Assembly: GCA_963755025.1 (NCBI GenBank)
Contig: CAVWIH010000009.1
Coordinates: 1 to 48,520 of the forward strand
Origin: an uncultured Actinomycetes bacterium
Lineage (GTDB): Bacteria; Actinomycetota; Thermoleophilia; UBA2241
Direction: 5' to 3'
Length of the DNA: 48,520 nt
Part shown: piece by piece, positions 8,210 to 18,618 of the stretch
Layout of the letters: each line of letters begins with the position of its first letter
Position numbering within the stretch: the stretch's first letter is position 1
Program-made: the position numbers and the translations under genes
Notes under the pieces: generated by a model
The model's input: only the letters and a program-made list of their open reading frames with translations
What the model was told of the DNA's origin: nothing
Databases searched by the model: none

Positions 8210-8555
8210 CTAGTGCTGCTTCTCGCGCACCCTCGCCTGCTTGCCGATCTTCTTGCGCAGGTAGTAGAGCTTGGCCCGCCGCACGTCGCCCACCATGGTG
8301 AGCTCGATCTTCTTCGATCTTGGGCGAGTGGAGCGGGAAGGTGCGCTCGACGCCGACACCGAACGACTGCTTGCGCACGGTGAAGGTCTCGCGAGCGCCG
8401 CCGCCCTGACGTTTGAGGACGGTGCCCTGGTAGACCTGGGTGCGCTGCCGGGTGCCTTCGATGACCTTGAAGTGGACCTTGACCGTATCGCCGGCCTTGA
8501 ACTGCGGGATGTCGTCGCGCAGTTGCTTGCGTTCCATGTTTTCGATGATCGTCAC
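8210..8555 (-). CDS. rplS: 50S ribosomal protein L19 (one extra base at about 8313)
   Basis: [32 protein letters not shown]; shifted frame continues [12 protein letters not shown]. Confidence 0.94.
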
Positions 8556-8641
8556 GGGATCCTCTTTCGGAAAGAAATGCGCGCGAAACTCTAGCAGATG
8601 AGCCCGTCGCACGCAAAAACGGCGGCGGCAGGCCCTCTATC

Positions 8642-9313
8642 TTAGCGTGGACGTTCCCCGCCGACCAGCCTCTCACGCCGCCAGTCGTCGACGGCGCCGT
8701 GGTCGCCGGAGAGCAGCACGGCCGGCACAGACCAGCCGTGGAACTCGGCGGGACGCGTGTACTGGGGGTATTCGAGCGCGCCGCCGAGCCCGGGCGCGAA
8801 CGAGTCGCCGGCCACGCTCGCGGGGTTCGAGACCGCTCCGTCGATCTTGCGCACGACCGCGTCGAGCAGCACCTGCGCGGCGATCTCGCCTCCGGAGAGC
8901 ACGTAGGGGCCGACCGAGACCCGGTCGGTGACCAGGTGCGAGACGCGTTCGTCGATGCCCTCGTAGCGGCCGCAGAGCACGCAGAGGTCGCCGCCGGCGA
9001 GCTCTGTGGCGAGGGCGTCGTCGAGCTGCCGCCCGCGGGGCGTGAGCTCGACCACGCGCCGCGTGGCGGCGAGGCTCGCCGGGTCGCGCTCGAAGGCGGC
9101 CTCGAGGGCCGCCCATACGACGTCGATGCGCAGCACCATGCCGGCGCCGCCGCCGTAGGGCGTGTCGTCGACCTGGCCGTGCTTCAGCGGGGTGGTGGCG
9201 CGGTAGTCCCAGAGGTTGAGCTCGACGCCGAGCGCGCGCGCCCGACTGACGTGCACCTGCTGGCCGAACCAGGCGAAGGCCTCGGGAAAGAGCGTGAAGA
9301 CGTCGAGTCGCAC
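8642..9313 (-). CDS. trmD: tRNA (guanine-N1)-methyltransferase
   Basis: VDDTPYGGGAGMVL, CGRYEGIDER, YVLSGGE, EYPQYTRP. Confidence 0.96.
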   Translation of the reverse strand: MRLDVFTLFPEAFAWFGQQVHVSRARALGVELNLWDYRATTPLKHGQVDDTPYGGGAGMVLRIDVVWAALEAAFERDPASLAATRRVVELTPRGRQLDDALATELAGGDLCVLCGRYEGIDERVSHLVTDRVSVGPYVLSGGEIAAQVLLDAVVRKIDGAVSNPASVAGDSFAPGLGGALEYPQYTRPAEFHGWSVPAVLLSGDHGAVDDWRRERLVGGERPR

Positions 9314-9814
9314 CTAGAGCAGCCCCTCGCGCACGGTGAGCAGGCGGTGCTCGCGGTCGACCTCGACGAGCTCGGCGACGAACGGCACAAGCGTGCGCCT
9401 GCCGTCGGCCGAGTCGATCTGGAGGATGTCGTGGGCGGGGTTCATGAGCACCTCGGTGACGACCCCCAGCTCGTGATCGCCGGTGACGACGCGAGCGCCG
9501 AGGAGGTCGGAGACGGGATAGTGGTCGACGCCTTCGTCGAGACCGGTGCCCGACGCCAGGATGACGGCCCCGTGCAGGGCCGTAGCGGCCTCGCGTGAGT
9601 CGACGCCGGCGAGCCTGACGAGCGGCCGGCGATCGGTGCCGCCGGCCCGCGCGAGCACGATAGGTTGCGGCTCGTTCGTGCTGGGCCGCTCGATGAAAAA
9701 GCTCTCGCCGCCGGCCAGGCCGTCGAGGCCGTGGGGCAGCAGATCGAGGTAGAACTCACCACTGAGCCCATGCGCCCGGCCCACGGTGCCGCAGGCCCAC
9801 AGGCCGGGAGCCAC
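9314..9814 (-). CDS. rimM: Ribosome maturation factor RimM
   Basis: GRAHGLSGE, PRC-barrel LVPFV; position between khpA and trmD. Confidence 0.9.
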   Translation of the reverse strand: MAPGLWACGTVGRAHGLSGEFYLDLLPHGLDGLAGGESFFIERPSTNEPQPIVLARAGGTDRRPLVRLAGVDSREAATALHGAVILASGTGLDEGVDHYPVSDLLGARVVTGDHELGVVTEVLMNPAHDILQIDSADGRRTLVPFVAELVEVDREHRLLTVREGLL

Positions 9815-9825
9815 GCCGGGCCCCG

Positions 9826-10089
9826 TCAGTCGACGATCTCGACGATGGCCCGCTTGCCGTCGCGCACCGCGCTCGCCTTGATGATGGTGCGCAGCGCGCG
9901 GGCGATGCGGCCCTGCTTGCCGATCACCTTGCCGACGTCGTCTTTGGCGACGGACAGTTCGAGCACGACGGTGGTCTCGGTCTCGGTAGCCTGCACGTGG
10001 ACCTCGTCGGGGCTGTCGACCAGCGACCTCGCCAGGTACTCAAGCAGCTCCTGAAGGACCAGGCCCTCTGTCTCGTCGACGGCAGCCAT
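9826..10089 (-). CDS. khpA: KH-domain RNA-binding protein
   Basis: DVGKVIGKQGRIARALRT; downstream of rpsP. Confidence 0.92.
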   Translation of the reverse strand: MAAVDETEGLVLQELLEYLARSLVDSPDEVHVQATETETTVVLELSVAKDDVGKVIGKQGRIARALRTIIKASAVRDGKRAIVEIVD

Positions 10090-10091
10090 GC

Positions 10092-10337
10092 TCAGACGGC
10101 GATGCCCTTGATGGCCAGCAGCCTCTTGACGGTGTTGGAGGGCTGGGCGCCCTTGGAGAGCCAGGCCGTCGCCTTGTCTTCGTCGATGACGATCAGCGAA
10201 GGCGTCTGGCGCGGGTTGTACTGACCGATGGTCTCGATGGAGCGGCCATCGCGCGGCGCCCGGGCGTCGGCTACCACGATACGATAAATGGGGTTCTTGG
10301 CGCTCCCGACCCTGCTCAGCCTGATACGGACGGCCAA
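10092..10337 (-). CDS. rpsP: 30S ribosomal protein S16
   Basis: [34 protein letters not shown]; TTG start after GAGGTG. Confidence 0.96.
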   Translation of the reverse strand: MAVRIRLSRVGSAKNPIYRIVVADARAPRDGRSIETIGQYNPRQTPSLIVIDEDKATAWLSKGAQPSNTVKRLLAIKGIAV

Positions 10338-10396
10338 CTCATCACCTCTTCCCACACACGAATGAGAGGCGCTCAACCGCGCCCCGAAGGACGTTC

Positions 10397-10405
10397 ATGA
10401 TACCA
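10397..10405 (-). promoter_or_regulatory. Extended -10 element (TGGTATCAT) for rpsP operon
   Basis: TGn-TATCAT in the ffh-rpsP gap. Confidence 0.5.
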
Positions 10406-10469
10406 CAGCGCGTCGGGCGGTCGGCGCGCGTAACGGAGAGGCCGCCGTCGGCGCCGCCACGCACCGGCG

Positions 10470-11804
10470 TCACGGACCGCCCATGCCCGGCAGCCTGCCC
10501 AGCAGGCCGCCTTTGGGACCGACCATCTGCTTCAGCATCTTCTTCATCTCGCGGAACTGCTTGAGCAGGCGGTTGACGTCGGCGACCTGCGTGCCGCTGC
10601 CCCGCGCGATGCGCTGACGCCGGCTGCCGTCGATGATGTCGGGGTGGCGCCGTTCCTCGGGGGTCATCGAGAAGACGATGGCCTCGATGCGGTCCATCTG
10701 GCCCTCGTCGACCTGGGCGTTCTTGAGCTCCTTCATGCCCGGCACGCCGGGCAGCATGCCGATGATGCTCGACAGCGAGCCCATCTTGCGCACCTGCTTG
10801 AGCTGGTCGAGGAAGTCTTCGAAGGTGAAGTCGGCGCGCCGCAGGCGCTCCTCCATGCGGGCGGCCTCTTTTTCGGAGATCTCGCCCTGCGCCTTTTCGA
10901 TGAGCGTGAGCACGTCGCCCATGCCCAGGATGCGCGAGGCCATGCGGTCGGGGTGGAAGGCGTCGAAGTCGTCGAGCTTCTCGCCCGTGCTGGCGAACTT
11001 GATGGGCTTGCCGGTGACCGCCCGCACCGACAGGGCGGCGCCGCCGCGGGCGTCGCCGTCCAGCTTGGTGAGCACCACGCCGTCGATGTCGACGCGCTGC
11101 TTGAACTGCTCGGCGGCGTTCACGGCGTCCTGGCCGGTCATGGCGTCGATCACGAGCAGGATGTTGTGGGGCCTGACCTCTTTGCGGATGCGCACGAGCT
11201 CTTCCATGAGCTCGTCGTCGATGTGCAGGCGGCCGGCGGTGTCGATGATGGCCACGTCGCCCTTGTCGCGCGCGAAGGCGACGCCGTCGCGCGCGATGTC
11301 GACCGGGTCGACGTGGGCGCCCGGCGCGTAGACCGGCACGCCGACGCGCCCGGCCAGGGTGACGAGCTGGTCGATGGCCGCGGGGCGGTAGACGTCGGCG
11401 GCGATCAGCACGGGCTTCTTGCCGTCGCGCTTGAGGAGCTGGGCGAGCTTGGCACAGGTGGTCGTCTTGCCCGAGCCCTGCAGGCCGGCGAGCAAGATGA
11501 CGGTCGGCGGCCGACCGCTGAAGGCCAGGCGCGAGTCGCCGGCGCCCATGAGCGCGACGAGTTCCTCGTTGACGATCTTGACCACCTGCTGGGCGGGGGT
11601 CAGGCTCTCCATGACCTCGACGCCCAGGGCGCGCTCTTTGACGTGGTTGACGAACTCGCGCACGACCTTGAAGTTGACGTCGGCCTCGAGCAGGGCCAGT
11701 CGTATCTCGCGCATGGCCTTGTCGACGTCGGCTTCGCTTAACTTGCCGTGACCGCGCAACTCGCCGAAGACGCCTTGCAGACGCTCGGAGAGGGAGTCGA
11801 ACAT
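10470..11804 (-). CDS. ffh: Signal recognition particle protein Ffh
   Basis: ALLEADV, GLQGSGKTT, DTAGR, TKLDGDARGG, M-domain SMTPEER. Confidence 0.97.
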   Translation of the reverse strand: MFDSLSERLQGVFGELRGHGKLSEADVDKAMREIRLALLEADVNFKVVREFVNHVKERALGVEVMESLTPAQQVVKIVNEELVALMGAGDSRLAFSGRPPTVILLAGLQGSGKTTTCAKLAQLLKRDGKKPVLIAADVYRPAAIDQLVTLAGRVGVPVYAPGAHVDPVDIARDGVAFARDKGDVAIIDTAGRLHIDDELMEELVRIRKEVRPHNILLVIDAMTGQDAVNAAEQFKQRVDIDGVVLTKLDGDARGGAALSVRAVTGKPIKFASTGEKLDDFDAFHPDRMASRILGMGDVLTLIEKAQGEISEKEAARMEERLRRADFTFEDFLDQLKQVRKMGSLSSIIGMLPGVPGMKELKNAQVDEGQMDRIEAIVFSMTPEERRHPDIIDGSRRQRIARGSGTQVADVNRLLKQFREMKKMLKQMVGPKGGLLGRLPGMGGP

Positions 11805-11912
11805 GAGGGAACGTCCTCTTTCGTCGTGGACAGTGGGACAGATACCCACGGGCAGGGCGATTCTACCGCCCGCGCAGCGGCGGCGAAAAGCCCGCGCGGC
11901 CGCGCCGGCCCC

Positions 11913-12452
11913 TTACCGGTGAGGCAGCGAAAGGCGCCGCCGGCGCCGCGCGCCGAACTCGATCACCCACATGTTGTGCGGCAGCCCCGCCCACAGGATC
12001 TCGCGGCGGGGGCTCATGCCGAGCCGCCTGGCGACCGCTTCGGAGCGCGGGTTCTCGGTGTAGATGAGGCTGACGACGCGGCGCAGGCCCAGGCTGCGCG
12101 CCTGCTCGAGGCAGGCGCCGGCGGCCTCGGTGGCGTAGCCCTGCCCCCAGTAGTCGTGGTGCAGGTGGTAGCCGAGCTCGACCTCGCGGCCGCTGTCGAG
12201 GTCGCGCCACACGAGGCCGGCCCCGCCGATGACCTTGCCGGTGGTGCGCAGCACGACCGCCCGCCGGCCGGTGCCGTCGCGCGCCGCAAAGCTCATCTCC
12301 TCGTCGAGCCAGAGACGCGCCTTCTCGCGGGTGAACGGCTCTTTGACCCACCAGAACACGGCGGGGTCGGCGAGGATCTCGGCGACGTCGTCGAGATCGT
12401 TCTCGGAGTAGTCGCGCACGACCAGGCGCGGCGTGTCGAGGCACGGTCTCAC
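11913..12452 (-). CDS. GNAT N-acetyltransferase (RimJ/RimL family)
   Basis: LDTPRLVVR, ELGYHL...YWGQGYATEAA, ENPRSEAVARRLGM; GTG overlaps ftsY stop. Confidence 0.88.
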   Translation of the reverse strand: MRPCLDTPRLVVRDYSENDLDDVAEILADPAVFWWVKEPFTREKARLWLDEEMSFAARDGTGRRAVVLRTTGKVIGGAGLVWRDLDSGREVELGYHLHHDYWGQGYATEAAGACLEQARSLGLRRVVSLIYTENPRSEAVARRLGMSPRREILWAGLPHNMWVIEFGARRRRRLSLPHR

Positions 12453-13459
12453 GAAGCCGCGGCGCCGTCGTCCAAGAACAGGGCGCGAGCGAACTCGTCG
12501 GGGTCGAAGGGCCGCAGGTCTTCGAGCCTCTCCCCCACGCCGATCAGCTTGATGGGGATGCCCAGCTCCTCGCGGATGGCGATGACGATGCCGCCCTTGG
12601 CGCTGCCGTCGAGCTTGGTGAGCACCACGCCGCTCACCTCGACGGCCTCGGCGAACACCTGGGCCTGGCGCAGGCCGTTCTGGCCGGTGGTCGCGTCGAT
12701 CACGAGCAGGGTCTCGTGCGGCGCGCCGGGGATCTGCTTCTCGATCACGCGGCGCACCTTGGCGAGCTCGTTCATGAGGTTCACCTGGGTGTGCAGCCGG
12801 CCGGCGGTGTCGACGATCACCACGTCGGCGCCGCGCGAACGGGCGGCCGCGATGCCGTCGTAGACGACGGCCGCCGGGTCGCTGCCGGGAGCTTGGCGCA
12901 CGACCTCGCAGCCGACCCGCGAGGCCCACTCCGAGAGCTGCTCGACCGCGGCCGCGCGAAAGGTGTCGGCGGCCACCATGAGCGGCGTCTTGCCGAGCTC
13001 GGCGAGGCGATAGCCGAGCTTGCCGATGGTGGTCGTCTTGCCGGTCCCGTTGACGCCCACCATGAGGATCACCGTGGGCTGCCCGGTGACGTCGATCAGG
13101 TGGTCGTCGGAGTCGGCGGGGCGCAGCATCGCGGCGACGATCGCGGCGAGCCGTTCGAGGAGCTCTTCGCGCGTGGTCAGGTTCTGCTCGGCGGCGTCGG
13201 CTTCGAGCTGCTCGACGATGCGCACCGTCGCCGCCACGCCCACGTCGGCGAAGATCAGCGCCTCTTCGATCTGCTCCCAGAGCTCGTCGGTGATGGCGTC
13301 GAACATGATCGCGCGAAAGTGCTCGCGCAACGCCCCGCTGGCCTTGCCGATGTTGTCGCGCAGGCGCCCGAACAGGCCGCGCCGTTCCTCGGCTTCGTGC
13401 TCGACCGCGGCCTCGGGCAGCCGCGCCGACAGTCCCTTGAACGCTTCGTGCCAATCCAC
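12449..13459 (-). CDS. ftsY: SRP receptor FtsY
   Basis: GVNGTGKTTTIGKL, DTFRAAA, DTAGRLH, TKLDGSAKGG. Confidence 0.97.
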   Translation of the reverse strand: MDWHEAFKGLSARLPEAAVEHEAEERRGLFGRLRDNIGKASGALREHFRAIMFDAITDELWEQIEEALIFADVGVAATVRIVEQLEADAAEQNLTTREELLERLAAIVAAMLRPADSDDHLIDVTGQPTVILMVGVNGTGKTTTIGKLGYRLAELGKTPLMVAADTFRAAAVEQLSEWASRVGCEVVRQAPGSDPAAVVYDGIAAARSRGADVVIVDTAGRLHTQVNLMNELAKVRRVIEKQIPGAPHETLLVIDATTGQNGLRQAQVFAEAVEVSGVVLTKLDGSAKGGIVIAIREELGIPIKLIGVGERLEDLRPFDPDEFARALFLDDGAAAS

Positions 13460-13460
13460 G

Positions 13461-16400
13461 TCAGTCAGCTCCCGCTTCGTGGTCGATCTCTTGCTCGGCC
13501 ATGCGGGCGCTCACGACCTGCGATGTGCCGTCTGTGCCCATCGTCACGCCGTAGAGCAGGTCGGCCGCCTCCATCGTGCGTTTCTGGTGGGTGATGATCA
13601 GGAACTGCGTGCGCGCCCGGTACTCGCGCACCAGCGACACGAAGAGCCCGATGTTCAGGTCGTCGAGGGCCGCCTCGACCTCGTCGAGGATGTAGAAGGG
13701 GCAGGTCCGCGACAGCAGCAGCGCGAGCAGGAAGGCGAGCGCCACGAGCGAACGCTCGCCGCCGGACAGCAGGGCCAGCTTGCGGCCGAGCTTGCGCGCC
13801 GGCTTGACCTCGATGACGATGCCCGACGGCTCGTCGGCCTCGCCCGCGACGGTCGCCAGGCGCCCCACGCCGCCCGGGAACAGGATCCCCACCATGTGGA
13901 CGAAGTTGCCCTGCACCACGGCGAAGGTCTCATCGAAGTCGGCCTCGATGCGCTGGGTGAGCTCGACGATGAGCTTCTCGGTCTCGTCGAGAGAGCGCTC
14001 GAGGTCGCGGCGCTGCTCGCGCAGGAACTCGACGTGCTCAGACAGGCGGGCGCACTCGGCCTCGGCCAGCGGGTTGACCGGCCCCACGCCGTCGCGGCGG
14101 CGCTCGAGGCGCTCGAGGCGCTCGCGCAGGGCCGCGGCCTCGTCGTCGTCCTGCGGCGGGTGGAAAACGCTCACCTCGAGCGCCGAGGAGATCTCGTCGA
14201 AGCGCGCCGCGACTTCGACGCGGCGCTCCTCGAGCCGGGCCACGGCCACCTGCGCTGCCCCGCGGCCCTCGCCGAGGGTGTCGATCTCGCGGCGCAAGGC
14301 GACCTCGTCTTCGGCGAGGCGGCGCGCGGCGACCCTGTCGCGTACCCGTCCCTCGGCCTCGCGCGCCTCGTCGCCCAGCCGCGCGATGAGCGGCTCTATG
14401 CCGGTCTGCAGCGCCGCCAGCGCGGCCACCACGTCGGCGCACGCCGCGGCGGCGGTGGGCACGCTGGCCAGGCGCTGGTCGACCAGGGCGAGGCGGGCGC
14501 GCGCGCTGTCGGCGCGGCGTCGCGCGCGGTCGCGCTCGTCGGCGGCGCGCTGCCGCCGGGCGCGACGTTCGTCGAGCTCGATGCGCGCCGCGGTGAGCGC
14601 CGCCAGCGTCTCGTGATGGCGCGCCTCGGCTGCCGTCGCGGCCAGCTCGGCGGCGGCCACCGCGGTGCGCGCCGCGGCCGTGTCGGTCTGCAGCTGCGCG
14701 CCCCGGGCGCCGAGCTCGGCGATGTCGGCGTCGAGCCGCTCGGCCTCGGCCGCCGCCGCCGCGAGGGCCTCGGCCAGGCGCCTCGCGCGGTCGGCGCCGG
14801 CGCGGTGCTCGGCGGCCACGGTCACCTCGCGGCGGCGCGCCTGGTCGAGCGTCACCGCCGCCGACTCGAGCGCCGCCGCCGCCGCCGCGCGGGCGGCGGC
14901 GAGCGCCTCGGCGCTCGCCTTGGCCCGCTCCACGGCGGCGGCCTCACGCACCTCGGTCTGCTGGAGCGCCGCGCGACGCTCGGCAAGCGTCTCGACGCGC
15001 GCCCGCCGTTCGACGACGAGGGCCGCCGGCACGCCGGCCGCCAGTCCGAGCTGGCCGCTTGACGGCCGGTAATACGAGCCGTCGCGCATGACCGCGAGGC
15101 CCTCGAACGAGTCGGGCACCGAGGTCAGGTCGTCGACGACGACGACGTCGGCCAGCACCTGGGCCAGGTGGTCGCCGGCGGCGATCGTAACCCTGTCGGC
15201 GAGGGGCAGCGCGCCGGCGAAGGCCTTTGGCGTCGCGCCCCGCGCCCGCGAGGGCACGAGCAAGCGCGCCATGCGCACGCCGGCCGCACGGAGCGCCTGC
15301 AGGAGCGGCCACTGGTCGGCGCCGCTGGCCACCGCCAGCGTGCCGGGGTGCTGCGCCAGCGCCGCCCCGAGCGCCAGCTCGAAGCCGCGCTCGCAGCGTA
15401 CCGCCGAGGAGAGCTCGACCACGCCCGGATACCCCTCGGCGATGCGCAGCACGTCGGCGTCGACCTCGCGCAGCTCGGCGAGCGACGCCCCGGCATGGTC
15501 GAGGTCGGCCTCGACGCCGGCGCGTTCGGCGGCGGTCTGGCGCCAGGCGGAGGTCGCTTCGGACAGGGCGAGCGCGGCACTCGCGGCCTCGTCGGCGGCG
15601 GCGTCGGCCGCCGCTTCCGCGGCGGCGAGCGCCGCCGCCGCCGCGCCGACCGCCTCGTGCGCCGCGTCTTCGTCGGCCGACAGAGCCGCCTGCGCGGCGC
15701 CGATGCCTGCGGCCTCGGCCACCAGGCGCTCGCGTTCGGCGCCCACGGCGAGCAGCCGGTGCTGCGCGCGCTCGCGGCGCGCCGTGCCGGTCTCGAGCTC
15801 AAGTTCGAGAGCGCCGGCGGCGGCGCGCGCCTCGAGCAGCGCCGCGCGTGCCGCGGCGAGGTCGGCGGCGCACACGGATTGCGCCGCCTGGGCGTCGGTC
15901 AGCGTCGACTCGAAGGCGCCGAGGTCGGCGGCGCCGTCGTCGCCCGCCGGCGCCGTGGCGCTCTCGAGCTCGCTGGTCAGGTTGGCGCGCTCGCCTTCGG
16001 CGGCGCGCCGCACTTCGTCGAGCAGCGCGCCGCGCTGCTCGATCAGGCTGCGGCAGCCGGTCAGCCGGTCGCTCAGGTAGCGGGCCCGCAAGGCCCGCCC
16101 GGCGCGGCGCTCGCGTTCGCGCGCGTCGCGCGCCAGCGATTCCTCTTCGGCCTGGCGCGCCTTCTCGGTCTGTGCGAGACGCTCGTCGATCGCGGCGCGG
16201 CGCGTCACCATGGCGGCCACCGTGCCGCGCTCCTCGGCCAGGCGCGCGTCGAGCGCTTCGAGCTCACCGGCGAGCAAACGGCCGCGCGTCTCGGCCATCT
16301 CGTGCTCGATGTGGCGCAGGGTCTCGGCGGCGTTGGCCTGTCGCCGCAACGGCGTGAGCTGCAGGCTCGCCTCGCGCTCGAGGTCGCGGGCCCGTTCGAG

Positions 16401-16961
16401 GTTGCGCCTGACCTCGCGCAACTTCGCCTCGGAGCGCTCGCGGCGACGCTTGTAGCGGCCCAGGCCGGCTGCCTCTTCGACCAGCGCGCGGCGCTCCTGG
16501 GGTTTTGCCGCGAGGAGCGTCTCGACCTTGCCCTGGCCGATGATCGAGTGCATCTCGCGGCCCAGGCCGAGCTCGGCGGTGAGCTCGATGACGTCGGTCA
16601 GCCGGCAGGCGGCGCGGTTGATGGTATAGGTCGTGTCGCCGCCGCGCACGACGCGGCGGCCTATGCTGACCTCGGGCGTGGGCACCGACAGGGCGCCGTC
16701 TGAGTTGTCGAAGGTGAGCTCGACCTCGGCCACAGCGGCCGCCCGGCGGCCGTCGCTGCCGGCGAAGATGACGTCCTGCATGGACGTACCGCGGATGCTC
16801 GTGGGGCTCTGCTCGCCCAGCACCCACATGACGGCGTCGGCGATATTGCTCTTGCCGCTGCCGTTCGGTCCGATCACGACGGCGACGCCGGGTTCGAAGA
16901 CGAGCTCGGTCTGCCGCGAGAACGACTTGAAGCCCTTCATGCGCAGCGAGCGCAGGTACAC
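13461..16961 (-). CDS. smc: Chromosome segregation protein SMC
   Basis: GFKSF, GPNGSGKSN, long coiled coils with hinge, LSGGE, DEVEAALD. Confidence 0.96.
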   Translation of the reverse strand: MYLRSLRMKGFKSFSRQTELVFEPGVAVVIGPNGSGKSNIADAVMWVLGEQSPTSIRGTSMQDVIFAGSDGRRAAAVAEVELTFDNSDGALSVPTPEVSIGRRVVRGGDTTYTINRAACRLTDVIELTAELGLGREMHSIIGQGKVETLLAAKPQERRALVEEAAGLGRYKRRRERSEAKLREVRRNLERARDLEREASLQLTPLRRQANAAETLRHIEHEMAETRGRLLAGELEALDARLAEERGTVAAMVTRRAAIDERLAQTEKARQAEEESLARDARERERRAGRALRARYLSDRLTGCRSLIEQRGALLDEVRRAAEGERANLTSELESATAPAGDDGAADLGAFESTLTDAQAAQSVCAADLAAARAALLEARAAAGALELELETGTARRERAQHRLLAVGAERERLVAEAAGIGAAQAALSADEDAAHEAVGAAAAALAAAEAAADAAADEAASAALALSEATSAWRQTAAERAGVEADLDHAGASLAELREVDADVLRIAEGYPGVVELSSAVRCERGFELALGAALAQHPGTLAVASGADQWPLLQALRAAGVRMARLLVPSRARGATPKAFAGALPLADRVTIAAGDHLAQVLADVVVVDDLTSVPDSFEGLAVMRDGSYYRPSSGQLGLAAGVPAALVVERRARVETLAERRAALQQTEVREAAAVERAKASAEALAAARAAAAAALESAAVTLDQARRREVTVAAEHRAGADRARRLAEALAAAAAEAERLDADIAELGARGAQLQTDTAAARTAVAAAELAATAAEARHHETLAALTAARIELDERRARRQRAADERDRARRRADSARARLALVDQRLASVPTAAAACADVVAALAALQTGIEPLIARLGDEAREAEGRVRDRVAARRLAEDEVALRREIDTLGEGRGAAQVAVARLEERRVEVAARFDEISSALEVSVFHPPQDDDEAAALRERLERLERRRDGVGPVNPLAEAECARLSEHVEFLREQRRDLERSLDETEKLIVELTQRIEADFDETFAVVQGNFVHMVGILFPGGVGRLATVAGEADEPSGIVIEVKPARKLGRKLALLSGGERSLVALAFLLALLLSRTCPFYILDEVEAALDDLNIGLFVSLVREYRARTQFLIITHQKRTMEAADLLYGVTMGTDGTSQVVSARMAEQEIDHEAGAD

Positions 16962-16967
16962 CCTCGG

Positions 16968-18519
16968 TTACACCCCGCCGTCTGTTTGAGGGGGTCGCGC
17001 ACCCTGGCCGGCGTCGGGGTCATCGCCTGCTTCGTCGGGGTCGTCGCCTGCTTCGTCGGGGTCGTGAGCGTCGCGCGACTCGACGGCGCCGGCGGGCTCG
17101 TTGGGGGCGGCAGATCCGGCGGCGGCGGGCTCAGAGGCCGGCTCGACGGGCTGGGCGACCTCGGTGTCGTCGCTCACCTCGACGCTGTAGCTGCGCAGGA
17201 CGGTGTCGCCGCGCGTGGCCGCGCCCATCTCGAACACGACGCGGGGCGCCGGCTCGCTCTCGGGCGTGAACGCGGGCACGGGGGTATCGGCGTCGGCAGC
17301 CGGAGCGGCGTCGGCCACGGGAGCTGGAGTCGGAGGTGCGACATCTGGCGCCGCTTCGACGACGGGCGCCGGCACGTCGGGCTCGACCGGTGCGCTCTCG
17401 GCTACCGGCGCCGGCACGTCGGGCTCTTCGCTCGGCGCGATCTCGGTCGCCGGCGCGGGCGCGCTCGGTGCGACACCGGGCACCGTGGCCGGAAAGCTGG
17501 GTTCGGCGACGGGCGCGGCCTCGGGCGCGGGCGCCGCGACGGCGGGCTCCTCGATCGGCGCCATGCCGGGAACGCCGGCGGGAAGGCGTGGTGCGGCCAC
17601 GGGCGCGGCTTGGGCGCGGCATCCGGGCTACCGATCGCGCCGGCGAGCGCGTCTCGGTTGCTGGTGACGGGAGGTCGGGTGCGACCACGGCCTCAGCGAC
17701 CGGCGCCGGCACATCGTGTTCGACGACCGGAGCGCTCTCGACGCTCGCCTCGTCGGCGCCGTCGAGCGTCGCGTCGTCGCCGACCTGCGTGTCGGAGTCG
17801 GCGCCGGCGCCGCGGCGGCGGCCGCGTGCGCGGCGCCGTTTGGGCCGCTCGGCGCCGCTCAGTTCGCGCAGGGCTTCGGCGGCGGCATCCTGCTCGGCGC
17901 GCTTCTTGCTGGCGCCCATGCCGCGGCCGAGGGCGACGCCGTCGACCACCGCTTCGAGCACGAACTCGCGGGAGTGCGGCGGGCCGACCGTCTCGACCAG
18001 CTGGTAGACCACGGAACGGCCGTTCTTGGCGAGCTGCTCCTGGAGCTCGGTCTTGAAGTCGACGTAGCTGCGCTCGGCGAACGAGATGTGCTCGGCGAAG
18101 GCTTCGATGACGGCCGGACGCACGACGTCGAGGCCGTACGTGAGGTAGACGGCGCCGATCAGCGACTCGGTCATGTCGGCGAGGATGTTCTCGTTGGACA
18201 CGAGCTGGTCGAGCTCGACCGTCTCGTGACCGGTGCCGAAGCGGCGCACGAACTCGGGCAGGCCGAGGCGCGTGGCGACCTTGGCGCAGGTCGCGCGGCT
18301 CACGATGTAGGCGCGCAGCCGCGCAAGGCTGCCCTCGGAGTGGTCGGGGAAGCGGCGGTAGAGTTCGGTGGTCACGGCGAGGCTCAGGACGCTGTCGCCG
18401 AGGAATTCGAGGCGCTCGTACGAGCGGCCGCGTTCGGCCACCCATGACGAGTGCGTGAAGACCTGGCGCAACAGCCCGTCGTCGAGCTGCTCCGCCAGAG
18501 CCAGCAGACGCCAGATCAT
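16968..18519 (-). CDS. rnc: Ribonuclease III with long low-complexity C-terminal extension (probable frameshift at about 17610-17660)
   Basis: ERLEFLGDSVL, dsRBD DFKTELQE...GASKKRAEQ.AA; the motif DVPAPV occurs in both ORF 17131..18519 and ORF 16968..17600, linking them; 3' end inferred. Confidence 0.88.
17012..17065. repeat. 21-bp tandem repeat (about 2.5 copies) encoding DPDEAGD
   Basis: CGTCGGGGTC(A/G)TCGCCTGCTT at 17012 and 17033, partial copy at 17054. Confidence 0.85.
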
Positions 18520-18618
18520 CTGTCGTTCTCCCCTATGGAAGAGGGGCCGACTCCGGATCGACGGAATGAGGCGGCCCCGGTACCGCGGCGCAAACGGCCG
18601 CGGCTTGCGGTCGTGGAC

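Noticed and set aside
11913-13454. 513-aa ORF ending in a GNAT domain
   Set aside because: The upstream part is an alternate frame of ftsY; the real gene starts at 12452.
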